DNA of 64,000 nt from Pseudovirgaria hyperparasitica (Eukaryota): NCBI GenBank assembly GCA_010093815.1, contig ML996580.1; one strand, 5' to 3'. The notes beneath the pieces were generated by a model. The model was not told the origin of the DNA. It saw only the letters and a program-made list of their open reading frames with translations, and searched no databases. The position numbers and the translations under genes are program-made. This document shows positions 22,777 to 35,429 of the stretch, piece by piece; positions within the stretch are counted from its first letter, which is position 1; each line of letters begins with the position of its first letter.

Positions 22777-24374
22777 TCAAACCCCCTTCCCCACAACCCC
22801 CACCCTCTCCCCAACCCCATCAAAAACAACAACCACCCTCCGCAACAACACATCCCCAAAAACCTGCACCCCCGCACCACCATTCCCCTGCACCCCGCCA
22901 AAACACGTCGTGTTCGCCTCGTCTACCGGTGCGAACGTCATCGCGTCGCCTGGGATTTCGGCCATGAATGTTGTAGCCGTGGTATTTGTGCTATCTGTGT
23001 TCGTAGTCCCGGGCCCAAGCGCGATGGAGAAAGAAGGTAGGGGAGAGGTGGCGCAGGGATAGACGTAGCCGCCGGCGGTGGAGTCGAGGGTGGCGCCCGG
23101 GACGGCGGCGTAGTATGTTGCTGCTGTGGAGGGGGTGGTGAGGAGGAGGGTTGTGCCTGTGTCTTTTTGTCGTGGGGTTTAGTATCGCCTCGTACACGTC
23201 TGTCTTTGCAAGGGGGTCGTGGAAAGGGGCTGGGGTAGGCATGCAAACGCTCACTCGGCTGAGCCGACAAAACACACAAAGCGCACCACGAAAACACAAG
23301 AAGAAACCCAAGAAAAAAGAAAACCCACCAAGAATCGCCGGCCCCGCATCCGGCGCAACCATGACCTTGCCATCTACCGCAAAGCTCCCACTCTCAATCT
23401 GCCAGAACCCCGCGCTGCTGTCGACGGGCAGCCAGACGAGCTCGGCGCCGGGCGGGTCAAAGCGCGACCTATCGATGCGGCCGAACTCGTACGTGCCGCT
23501 GGCGTCGTCGGTCAGGTCGGCGGTGAAAACCGGCTCGTCGAGGTGCGGGAGGAGGTTTTCGAAAAAGGTCTTTTGTGGGGTGGGGGTTTGGTTTGTTGAG
23601 ACTGGGTCTTCGGGTTAGTGTGTCTGTATGGAAAAGGGGAGGGGAGGAAGGGCACACCAGTATTGAGCTTCCCAAACGCCAGCCCGACGAGCCCGTCGGT
23701 ATTCACGGACTGGACAAACGACTGCGACACGGCTGTTGCGAGCTCGACGGCTTGCTCTGTGACGGTCGCGCCGCCGATGTCGACCGTGTCGGTGCCTACG
23801 AGCCCTGCGGCACCGCTTCCGTCGCCGTACTGCACGAGGAAGCTTGCGTCCTGCATGGGCGTGAAGGTCGGGCTTTTCTTGGGGTTGAAGGCGGCGTGGG
23901 CGCCGATGGCTTGTCGGGGGAGCAGGGTGCTGAAGACCCAGCTTTTCAGGACTGTCAGTGTGGGATCGTGTATGTGTGTGTGTGTGTGTGTGCATGGACA
24001 TGGACATGGACGGCTTACAGGTCGGACGAGCCCGTGTCGAAGTCGAGGTTGAACTGCTGCCCGCCGATGGTGACGGGGGATAGGAACAGCGCTGCGTTGT
24101 CCTCGGGACTCGCTGCTACCTCTCCGTTCTCCGTCCCGTTGGCGGCGGCGGCGGATGTGCTGTTGCTAGCGTTTGCCCAGCCGTATTTCCGGAATGCCTT
24201 TTCCATTGCTGCCTTGCCGTTGCGTCGCTTGCCTAGCATCTTCGGGTTGAGCTGGCGGGGGACCTTGAACGAGCGTTTCGAGACTGTCGACGGCCTCACG
24301 CTCACGGGGGCGGGAGCAGCGAGGCAGAGCGCCACCAGGGCGGCGAGGAGAATGAATGACTTTACTGAATGCAT
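22777..24374 (-). CDS. Secreted aspergillopepsin-like aspartic protease, 4 exons (24374-24019, 23941-23658, 23601-23329, 23162-22777)
   Basis: Signal peptide MHSVKSFILLAALVALCLA and a basic propeptide. First catalytic motif LDFDTGSSDLWV, flap VQYGDGS, DGLVGLAF; second motif AILDTGTTL formed across intron 3; C-terminal FGDVLLR. All splice junctions keep the frame. Confidence 0.93.
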
Positions 24375-25374
24375 GGCCTACGGCTGTCCTGCAGCGAGAG
24401 TGACTCCCAAGAATGGGACTAGATAGATAAAACAGCAAAAGCACACGGAAAGTATCGACAAGAATAGAGGCCTAGGCACAGCCTGACAGACCCAAAAGAA
24501 TGAAGATAGAGTAAACAAAGCCCAAAGCCGCAGATGCAGAACGGTATTTATCAAAAGGAAAGAAATCAGCAGCATACAAGATATCCTTCCATGGCAGACA
24601 TCGTCCTGTGCTCGCAGTACGCACGCAACACTTCAACTTAGCCGCTCAGCACTCCTCCATCTCCCCAGAAAAGGTGGACAATACGCACGCCACGAGTAGC
24701 AAGACGTCGCATATAGAGACATCTCATGGATTGTCCGACAGCCACGCGTGGAGTCAGGAGTCCGATCAAGCAATCCGGCCGAGCAACGGCTACGCCCCCA
24801 CAGGCTGCCGTTGGTTCAAGATCGAGCATCGACACACACCACTGGCAATCTCGATCTAGAGTAGTCAGCCTTAGTCATGCCCATCTACGTTGGCGTGCGA
24901 CAGTACGCGCAAGACAGAGCCATGTTTCATGCTTGGTGGTTGAGACAAGACCTCTGTGGAGACGGGGCGTCGCGGTTAAGCTTTTCGGTTCAGATCCGAA
25001 GCTTGAAATCCCCCGCTCGGACTGCTGATTGGTCCGTCTGGTCTCGGCATGAATGTTGGCGACTGTTCCAGAAACGATTCGTAGCGCTTCCTGCTGTGTG
25101 TTTGGTATCTCTCTGTCCGTCCCGCATGGTTGGTTGGGCAGATCGGGTGCTACCAGAGTGCTTGGTGAGGAACGGGTAGGATGTCAACATCAGGGTCTTT
25201 CTACTGACCAGTATATCGAGACCGAGGGCGTGAGATCACGAGTCGAGGCAAGGCACTTGACGTCTCAGACTGCAGATATGATGACGACAGTCTTCGACGC
25301 ACTCAGGACAAGCAGTCCCCAAGCTAGAACAAATATATACACGAGTCCGTATTGATACATCATCATCATCATCA

Positions 25375-28300
25375 TCATCCCCACGTCCCACCGCCGCCTC
25401 TGCCCTGTTTCTTCTGCGCCGAGAGCCTCCAGTCGTCCTCGCCCGCGAACCGGTTGTGCAGCGGCTGGATACGCTCCGCTTTCTTGCGCTGGCTCAGCCG
25501 GTCCGTCCCTGCCACCTTGAAAAAGGTAGGTGCAGCTTCCACGAGCCACTTGGGCTCGATCGCGGTGACGTTGTGCATGTATTCCTTTGTCGTCTCGACG
25601 AGGCTGTGGTAGATGACATGTTCCGTGGGCTTCCCGAACAGCGCCGACGAGGGATGCAGGTAGACTGGCGTGCCTTCGACCAGAGTCTTGTAGCCCTCTG
25701 TCGGGTCCTTGCGAGCACTGTTGCGGAAGAAGCCTCCGCAAAGCGCCTGGCGCACCTTCATCGTGTTTCGGCCGCAGGACACGACCTGTCGAGAGTGGCG
25801 CTGCAGGATCTGCACGAGCTGCTGTCTCACTTCCTGCGCCCGTTTCATCGACCGCGGCTGGATAAAGTTTTCGAAGCACCAAGGCGTCGAGTATCGACTG
25901 TTCTTCCACGCATTGTAGACGTTCAACAACGTCAGATGGTCGCCATGTGGATCGTGGAATTTGGCCTTCTTCTGATCCGCCTGCTGCTGCTTGTCCTTTG
26001 GTCGATGAAACACTGTCTGAATCGAAAGCATGGACACTATCGTTAGCATCTCGTCTGAGCATTGCATGTCCACAGAAGTAATCAGACCCTTGGCTAGGGA
26101 CGGCTCCATGGGGTAATCGGCCATCTGGCGCCCCAGTCTTGTAAGCAGGCCTTCGTCGTCCAAGGCCGAAAGCGCATATAGCTCCTCGAGTGCAGTCAGC
26201 ATAGTGTTCGTCGGAGGTGGGTCCATAAAGTCAAAGTGGAGGAGGTCATTGATTCCCATAGCTTTGAGCATAAGGATGGTGTTTGAAAGATTCTGCCGCT
26301 GGATCTCTGGAATAGTGGTGGGCAGCATCTCAGACTGGAAAGCTGCTTCTGTGTACAGACGGAAACATTTACCCGGGCCCGTCCTGCCTGCGCGGCCAGC
26401 TCTTTGTTTCGCCTGGGCCTGGGATATGGGCGTCACTTGCAGTCGGTCCATCCCAAGCTTGGCATCATATGCCATCTGCTTGACGAACCCTGGGTCCACG
26501 ACATAGTAGATGCCGTCGATGGTAATGGAGGTTTCGGCAATATTCGTGGCGATGACCACCTTTCTCGACCCTGGTGGAGCAGGCTCGAAGATGCGACTGG
26601 CGATTTCGCTTGGCAACGCACCGTAAATGGGCAGAATCATCAACTCCGGCACACTGGGTCCGAGGGCTTTCATTCGCTCGTGGAGAATTTCGCACGATGT
26701 GTCAATTTCTTCTTTGCCAGTCAGGAACAGCAGTATGTCGCCCATGGGCTCGGTGAGATGAATCTGCATCACCGTCGTAAGTGCTGCATCCAGGTAATCC
26801 GACTCCGGCTCTCTAGAATACATAATTTCAACCGGGAACGTCCGACCTGGGATGGAGAAAATAGGGCATTTGTTGAAGTATTCGGAAAACTTGTCTGCGT
26901 CTAGGGTGGCAGAGGTGATAATTACTTTCAGGTCCGGGCGGCGTTTCAATGTCTTCTTCAGAAGTCCAAACAGCACATCTGTGGCGATTGTACGCTCGTG
27001 AGCTTCGTCAAGCATGATGACGGAGTACCGGTGCAGGAAAGGATCCAACAGAATCTCACGCTGCAAGATACCGTCTGTCATGTATTTAATCTTTGTCTCC
27101 GGACCCGTCATATCCTCAAATCGGATAGTGTAACCAACTTCTTGCCCAAGCTTACAGCCAACCTCCTCAGACACTCTTTGGGCAACCGACATGGCTGCCA
27201 CACGTCGAGGCTGTGTGCAGCCAATCATGCCTTCATTCGCATGTCCATCTTCAGCCAGATACTGCGTCAGCTGTGTTGTCTTCCCCGATCCAGTGTCTCC
27301 AACAACAATCAGAAGCTGATGCTGACGCACGGCATCAAGCAGCTGCTTGCGGAACTTGTAGACTGGCAGGCTCTTTCTTTGTTGGTCGATAGACATATTC
27401 GTGCGTTTGCCAAAGGATTGGTCTTTGCCTTGTTCAATGCGCTTCCATTCTGGAACAGGAGCACTGGCAGCATTGGCTCTGGCATTCCGCAAGTCGCTCG
27501 CAAATTTCTTCTGATCCGGTCCAGCCATGGGATCGTTCCACTGGGCGGAGAGATCTACCTTGCTTGCCTCTTGCGATGCCTTGTCTCTTGCTTCTTGCTG
27601 CCGCAGTTCACGGCGGTCACGGGCCAGTACATCTCCGGACATTGCGGCTCTGTTCAATGAACCATCAGGGGCCTTGATGACTCTGATGGGCGACAGTTCA
27701 AGCGATTGCTTGGTCTGCCCAGCAAGAAATGGAGGCTCATCCTCGCGAACTTCAATATCGATATCCTCTTCTTGTTCAATCTCTCCATTCTCATCAAGGT
27801 TTTCGTCCTGTATAGCATCAAGATCAGGGTAGTCCTCCCTTTTGACTGCACCCGAGGCAATCAATTGTCGAATCTCCCATCGCTCTGGTGATGTGAGTCG
27901 TTTCCGGGTTCTCTGTTGTCTTGACATTTGCGTGCCTTCAATCACCGGAACGTTCGATTCAAAGCCCCCATACCGGCTGTCCCCATTCAACCCATTCGAT
28001 CCAACTCCCACTCCTTCCATGTTGGCACCGGACGCTATTCGTTTCTGAGGCGTCAAGTCGTGTCCACTGACCTGGTCCACTTCCTTCATGGAGAGACTGA
28101 TGCGATTGTTCTCCATCTTGATGACCTTGACTTTCACTTCTTGTCCACGCGAGACGATATCGGACGGGTGATTTACTCGAGCACCGTCAATCATCTGCGA
28201 AACGTGCACTAAGCCGTCTACTCTTCCCTTGACGCCCAGTACGTTGACAAATGCGCCAAAGTCCTTCAGCCCGGTGACTGTCCCGTTGTAGATCTTGAAC

Positions 28301-29013
28301 ATGATGGGCGACTCATCGATCTCCGGAGTCGGGGGTCTCACGAGTACCTCCGAGTCGGTCGAAGAGCGGCGTCGCCTCCTTGGTTTTCTAGTGTCCTTGC
28401 TCTTGACTTTTCTTGTGCGGCCAAACTCATCTTCAAATAGATAATCGTCATTGCGGTCGACACGTCGCTTGTGGCGAGCTGGGCTGCGTGACGGTGACCG
28501 CGATCTTGATCGGGAACGCGATCTGAAAGAGCGCTTGCGGGACTGGTCCGAGGTGACGGGAGGTTTAGCCTTCCCTGCGAGGCCCTCAAGCATAGCAAAC
28601 GTGTCATCCAGTTCACCAAGCTTGACGTCTTCTTCTAGGTCTTCCTTGCTCGTAACCTCAAACTCCAGCTCCTTATCCGGCAGCGCTAAGCCTTTGAACA
28701 CTCTTGCCTTCCTGTCCCTTTCGTTTTCTGGTTCCTTTTCTGTAGCCTGGGTTTTGGGATCCGAACTGTTCTTGCGTTTGTATTTCGGATGCATCGTCAG
28801 CACCAGGCGATCCACGCTCTCCACGAGACTTTGTGGAAACTCTGCGCCCATCTCCTCCAGTTTTGACTTGAACTCGGCAAGAGAACTGCATTTCGAATGC
28901 TGATCTATAACGAACTCAGCAAGTGTCTTGTCGCTAATGCCCAAGTGATTTTGTAGTTCAGAGGCGACTTTGGAGACTAGAGACAGGGCCTCGAGGGCTT
29001 CGATGTCATCCAT
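25375..29013 (-). CDS. PRP22: Pre-mRNA splicing DEAH-box RNA helicase Prp22 (DHX8)
   Basis: 1212 aa, intronless. RS-rich stretch, S1 domain (KDFGAFV...GLVHVS), GDTGSGKTTQ, TQPRRVAA, DEAH, SAT, QRAGRAGRTGPG, HA2/OB C-terminus. Confidence 0.98.
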   Translation of the reverse strand: MDDIEALEALSLVSKVASELQNHLGISDKTLAEFVIDQHSKCSSLAEFKSKLEEMGAEFPQSLVESVDRLVLTMHPKYKRKNSSDPKTQATEKEPENERDRKARVFKGLALPDKELEFEVTSKEDLEEDVKLGELDDTFAMLEGLAGKAKPPVTSDQSRKRSFRSRSRSRSRSPSRSPARHKRRVDRNDDYLFEDEFGRTRKVKSKDTRKPRRRRRSSTDSEVLVRPPTPEIDESPIMFKIYNGTVTGLKDFGAFVNVLGVKGRVDGLVHVSQMIDGARVNHPSDIVSRGQEVKVKVIKMENNRISLSMKEVDQVSGHDLTPQKRIASGANMEGVGVGSNGLNGDSRYGGFESNVPVIEGTQMSRQQRTRKRLTSPERWEIRQLIASGAVKREDYPDLDAIQDENLDENGEIEQEEDIDIEVREDEPPFLAGQTKQSLELSPIRVIKAPDGSLNRAAMSGDVLARDRRELRQQEARDKASQEASKVDLSAQWNDPMAGPDQKKFASDLRNARANAASAPVPEWKRIEQGKDQSFGKRTNMSIDQQRKSLPVYKFRKQLLDAVRQHQLLIVVGDTGSGKTTQLTQYLAEDGHANEGMIGCTQPRRVAAMSVAQRVSEEVGCKLGQEVGYTIRFEDMTGPETKIKYMTDGILQREILLDPFLHRYSVIMLDEAHERTIATDVLFGLLKKTLKRRPDLKVIITSATLDADKFSEYFNKCPIFSIPGRTFPVEIMYSREPESDYLDAALTTVMQIHLTEPMGDILLFLTGKEEIDTSCEILHERMKALGPSVPELMILPIYGALPSEIASRIFEPAPPGSRKVVIATNIAETSITIDGIYYVVDPGFVKQMAYDAKLGMDRLQVTPISQAQAKQRAGRAGRTGPGKCFRLYTEAAFQSEMLPTTIPEIQRQNLSNTILMLKAMGINDLLHFDFMDPPPTNTMLTALEELYALSALDDEGLLTRLGRQMADYPMEPSLAKGLITSVDMQCSDEMLTIVSMLSIQTVFHRPKDKQQQADQKKAKFHDPHGDHLTLLNVYNAWKNSRYSTPWCFENFIQPRSMKRAQEVRQQLVQILQRHSRQVVSCGRNTMKVRQALCGGFFRNSARKDPTEGYKTLVEGTPVYLHPSSALFGKPTEHVIYHSLVETTKEYMHNVTAIEPKWLVEAAPTFFKVAGTDRLSQRKKAERIQPLHNRFAGEDDWRLSAQKKQGRGGGGTWG

Positions 29014-29891
29014 CCTGGCGCGAGTGTGTCGTCGTTGTAGGATTGATCGCGCGATTCAGGGTCCTGGCTTGGATGTCCGTAGCTTGGAAAAAAATTCTAC
29101 GACAGGGTAGACTGATGGGACAGCATGCTCTCAACCGCCCAAATGAGGCCAACTATGGCCGAAGAAGCCGGAAGTGTAGAAGGCGACTGAAGTATGGATG
29201 TGTATTGGAGTAGTAGCCTTCCCGACACGTGATGGTGTCGCTGTTAGAATTGCCAGATGCCTTACCGCCCGATAAGTGGGTCTCCGTCTGGCATTCCGAA
29301 TGGAGCTGCGAGAGAGCGACGACCACAACAGTGAATTGCTTCCAAAACGAATCGAACTCTCGCACACCAACTGAACCATATAACGATCCCCAAGCGACCT
29401 ACTTCTTGAGTCTCAGCCGATTGCCTCTATTCAATATCTCACCTTCGCCCATCACCTCCACCATTGGTTTGCCCGCACTACCTCTCAAGCTCACACAAAT
29501 CGCCATCAGGCCGTCAGGGTAAGATAAGAGTCCGGCATACTTTCGTCGGGGGCAGACTTGGATCAATCAAGTACTATCTCGGTACGCAGGCACTGTATTC
29601 ACCCCTCTTAAGCCGCCAAACAGCACTTGGTCGAATCGAAGCTTGCGCTACGTCACGCTCTCAACACCTCTCAACACCGCGTCCCAAGTTCGGCCTAACT
29701 GGAAGTGACTCCTTCGCTCTATTCTCACCTGTCATTGGATATCATTCATTGCAGTATACCAATTCATCACAAAGCCGCCAGAGAAACATTACCGTCACAG
29801 TATCCCAAGTTACATATCTACCCGACCTATATACGCCATTCTTCTACAATTTTCTCGTCACTTCTCCACAGAGTATACATGCACACGAACC

Positions 29892-32397
29892 ATGGACAGC
29901 AAACCTGTTATAAGATATACAGTAGATCAGCTACAGCACCTCCGGAACTCTCCGCTTGTTCGCAAGCCGGACAAGCTTCCTTCTATCGAGCAATGGATGG
30001 AGTAAGAAACGTTGTCGCGCACGTATACATTTCCACTAACGAATACAGGAATCAAGGTGACCAGAACCATCGCAAGAGCCGCCCTTCAACCTCTACCGCA
30101 GATCATGAAAACCAACGTCCCTCGATCCTGTCCACACGCCAGTTCGCGCGTTCAAGCGCAGGTATGAAACCCACTCCTCGTATCTCGTGTTACACTAATG
30201 CAAAGAAGGCGAGGACATTGTCCTTGGTCCCCCCAAATTCGCGTTCACGTCGTCCTCGGCGGTCCGTATCGCTAAGCAATCCGAAACGGGTGAAAAATCA
30301 TCTGCGCATGAAGAGGATGGAACCAACGCAGACCGTTATACTGGCCGAGAACGTTCGTTCAAGGATCGTGACAACGAGCGGCCGCGTGAGAAGCAGCCAT
30401 ACGCCAATGGCCGACGGGGGCCACGTGAAGATGTTGAGGGCTGGTCCGTCTTTCGCAAACAGAAAGTCCATGATCAAGATGAGCAAGAGCGCTCGCAACG
30501 ACACCTTGGTAGAGATCGCGATAGAAACGAGCCAGATGATACTTATCCCCGAAAAAATGGCGCCGGAAGGGGTCGTTTCGAACAGCCATGGGGTCGTGAA
30601 GATACAGCGCAAAATAAAGACACAGACAATGGCAAATTCTCGTCCACCAAAAGCACCGGCTGGAGAGATCGTGAACGAGATCGTGACCGGGAACATATTC
30701 GAGACAAGCGTGATGACCGCGAGTGGAATAGAGGGCGAACTGACGATGACCCGGAGTGGATGGCCACTGACTCTGCTGGCGCTGAGAAGAAGCATGGCCA
30801 CACACAAGAGGATTTCCAACGCTGGATGAAAGAAATGAAGAACAAGACATCCGGACGAGACGACGTAATGAATGCCCCCGAATCCGTTGAAAAACCGCTC
30901 GAAACATCCAAGCCCACAAAGACCTCTGTCCCTCCATCTCAGACTGCTGGCTCACTACCCCCTACCCAACTTTTTGAAGGAAGCACAGAAAAGCTATTCG
31001 GTATCTGGGGAGAATCTAAACAGACCAGCGCGAAAGACGCCGAGATTACTGCCGCCCCACGCGCAGCTGCAAACAAGTCGAAACCTTCAAGGTTTGCATC
31101 ATTGTTCTCACCTCAGGAAGAGAAGCTCGGTGAAGAAGCTACCGTATCACAGGGAACTCCAATCGCTGCTGCGTCGGTGGAATTTGCCGACGACAAAGCA
31201 GGATTTCAACGCATTCTACAGATGCTAGGCAACACCACGGTGTCTCCCAGCCCGGTGCCCCCAAAGCCCCCTCTCAATGGAAACAGACATCGAGCTGGAC
31301 TGGATGTGGCGAAACCAAACTTTCCACCGGGTTTGGAACAACCAGCCGTACGACACGTAAGTACTCGATCAAAGGAAGAACGAGATGCTATCTTGGATTC
31401 CATTATTCCGAAGAATAAGCAGTCGCCCTTTGGCATATCTTCGCCTTCTAACAACTCCCCATGGGACATCCCCCAACCGTCTACGAAGACTGAGTTCCGA
31501 GAAGCTCCTATAAACCAAGCACCTTCTCGCAACAGCACAAACCCAGAAACTGGAGGGTTCCAGCAGCCTCTCCTTAATAGACCAGCTGCACAGACTGACA
31601 CGAGTAACCGCGAGTTCCTTCTCAATCTCATCAAACAGCCAAGCCGATCCACATCAGCACAGACTCCCCAGAATGATCCTGGTCATTTGGTTCATGACAA
31701 CAATTCACTGTTCCATGGCGAGAGGGGCACGAATCTTCAGATGCCGAAGGCCAGAGGACCCAATGCGGGCTTCTTTGACATGAACGACAGCGATATGCTT
31801 CGTCGATCTGCAGAGCTGACTCAACACGAGCAGCCTCGGAAGCCAGCACCGCGTCAACCTCCAGGCCTGTATGACGACCCTCCAATGTCCGCGGTTTCTC
31901 AAAGACGAAACACCAATGACAATCCGCCACGGCTACAAATGAGCAATATGGGTATCCCACAGCAGGCAGAACCTTATTGGATGAAGAATCAAGGCATACA
32001 GTCACCGCAAGATCGCATTCCTCCACCTCCCGGATTTGGCAATCGTATGCACCAGCAGCAACCTGGTGGTCCTTCATTTCCCCCGCACATGCAGTTTCAG
32101 GGCAACAATGCACCCCCAATGGGCCCACCTCCGGGCTTGAATCAGGGTTTGCCTCGTAGCATGTACCAAAGACAAGAGCCAATGGGACCACCACCTGGAT
32201 TTTTCCCTCCTGGTCCCAACGGTCCCCCAGGACCTGGACTCGGAGGCCCACCACCAGGCTTTCCTCACATGAGCATGCACCAGGACATGATGGGTGTTCC
32301 GCGACGACATGCGGGCGGCCCTGGTAACTTTGACATGTTTAACGAGATGCATCCTGGTCGCGGCAGGGGCGGACCACCAGGACCACCATACATGTGA
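29892..32397 (+). CDS. 4E-T/Eap1-like eIF4E-binding translational regulator, 3 exons (29892-30001, 30049-30161, 30206 or 30209-32397)
   Basis: Exon 1 encodes MDSKPVIRYTVDQLQHLRNSPLVRKPDKLPSIEQWM (YxxxxL motif). Introns gtaaga...actaac...acag and gtatga...actaat...aag. Exon 3 begins GEDIVLGPPKFAF and is in frame with ORF 30760..32397; it contains DDPEWM, SRFASLF and several PPG(F/L) motifs. Confidence 0.8.
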
Positions 32398-33334
32398 TTC
32401 GCAAGGTCAACATCTCAACGTCGTCCGATTCCCGACACGGAAACATCAATGCGTCTGATGTAGTACATACTTCTCCATGTTTTCCCTGGTCCTTTCTGGC
32501 GTTCTTTCGAGCAGTCCTGCACTACGAACAGCGAGGCGTTCCACTGTTAACGGTATCATTCATCATCATCCTCATCACCAATCACTTTCGGGTGCAGTCG
32601 AGATTTTCATTGCAGTGTGTGCTTTTGGGGAGCATGGTTTCCTTTTTTGGTCTTCTGGTTTGCCACTCTCGCGTAGCTAACCCTGCAACGGCGCGCGTAT
32701 CGGTTGGCCTGGATCTACGACACGTCCCCAAATGGATACTAACGCTTCTTCTGTCTTCATTATGCTCGTGGCGGCACACTGGGAAGCGACGAAAGAGGCA
32801 AGACGACGGTTTTCGTTTCCTCTGGCTCTGTCAGGAAATTTGAAGGGGTGGTGAATGCTCCAGGCAGGGGTGATGCGGGAAGACATGATGGGGAGAGGGG
32901 GGGAAAACCTGGTCGGCAGATGGTGGGTGGGCAGCTATCACTATAACGTCTGGAGCCTGAGTCGTTCGTCCCTTTTAGGGCGCGGCTCAAGCACGAGATG
33001 AAGAAATAAGAACTCTGTGTAGACAAAAGTGTCAAATGACAATATGTATAGAGTTCATGCCATCTCTGCATTTAGTTTGTTGCCATCCTATGTACGCACT
33101 ACCGCGTCTTACATTCGGTCCGTCAACCTCACGCGTGTCTGCATTACTCGAGCGCGGATGGGCTCCAGCAGACTCAAGCAGGCTCCAGCGACTCACGCGT
33201 GCATAGAGTATATAGATACGAGCTAACTCACTAACTCACTTTGTGCACAGGATAGCGGATAGCATTATATGTAGTCTACCTATCCCATGCAACGCGAAAC
33301 TCCAGCTTCGTTAACATGCAATTTTCATGCCCAT

Positions 33335-34548
<1,214 letters not shown>

Positions 34549-35288
34549 ATTTGCGAGAAGCGAGTGTGAGTATCGGGAAGTATATGTTTCTACGAGTCCA
34601 ACGTCTTCACGGATTATTGAAGTTCACAGCTGCGGAATGCGGGATGTATAATGACGTGTGGAGACGGCTGGAGGTGGCTCAGAGTTCGCTGTTTAGGAGG
34701 GGCAGGGGCACGGCGGTGCGAAACAAGCACAGAAAGCAGGTTGTGGAGAGAGTCGTGTCGGGTATCGTGAGTAGAGCGGTGTGGAGGAAAATAATGCTAT
34801 CTCAGGTCGGCCCGCGCTTGTCGTGAGTGCGGTTGTTGGTGTTGTTCTTGCCCTGCGCACACACTGCCGACTGTAATCGCCAAAGCGAGTAACCCTGAGC
34901 TGACTAACGCTCGCCTGAGGCCTGAGGCAGCATTCAGCACAAGAGCGTGCGTGCCAACCAGCGTGACAATGGTCCGTTTCATGTGTTAAAAAAATATTCA
35001 TGGTTGAAAGGTTCGATATATAATTAGATATCAACACAAATAATTGCCTAGATTCATACGATTTGACAAGCTCAGTGATAAATCGAAATTAAAACACTTA
35101 ATTACTTTCAAGCCTAGCATTCTCTCTGATATTTGATATTGCCAATTATCAGCTGCTGAAAGCTTTCAGGAACAACTCGAGGCCCTGTATATCAACATAT
35201 TGGTAGTGCATTCCTCTTTGATTTTCTGAAAAGATGCCCAGCTGTGAGTTTGAGAAGCGCTACTCCCAAATAGGGCTTAATTGATTTG

Positions 35289-35333
35289 ACGCGTCCCCTC
35301 CTTACGCGCCAAAACCGCGACCGTCCGACGCGT
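35289..35333 (+). promoter_or_regulatory. MCB (MluI cell-cycle box) cluster upstream of MCM6
   Basis: ACGCGT at 35289-35294 and 35328-35333 with two further CGCG cores between them, about 100-140 bp upstream of the MCM6 ATG. MCB sites are the established G1/S (MBF) elements of fungal replication genes. Confidence 0.65.
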
Positions 35334-35429
35334 CTCACGAATTTCACCCCACTCTCAAAAGCCCCCCTAGCCACTCTCTATTCGTCCTTCGCAACAACAA
35401 CAACAACTTTTGCTGTACCGAGTCCAACA

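Noticed and set aside
29705..30829. 374-aa ORF as a separate gene
   Set aside because: It shares only exon 2 with the spliced 4E-T-like gene; the remainder is UTR, intron or off-frame sequence.
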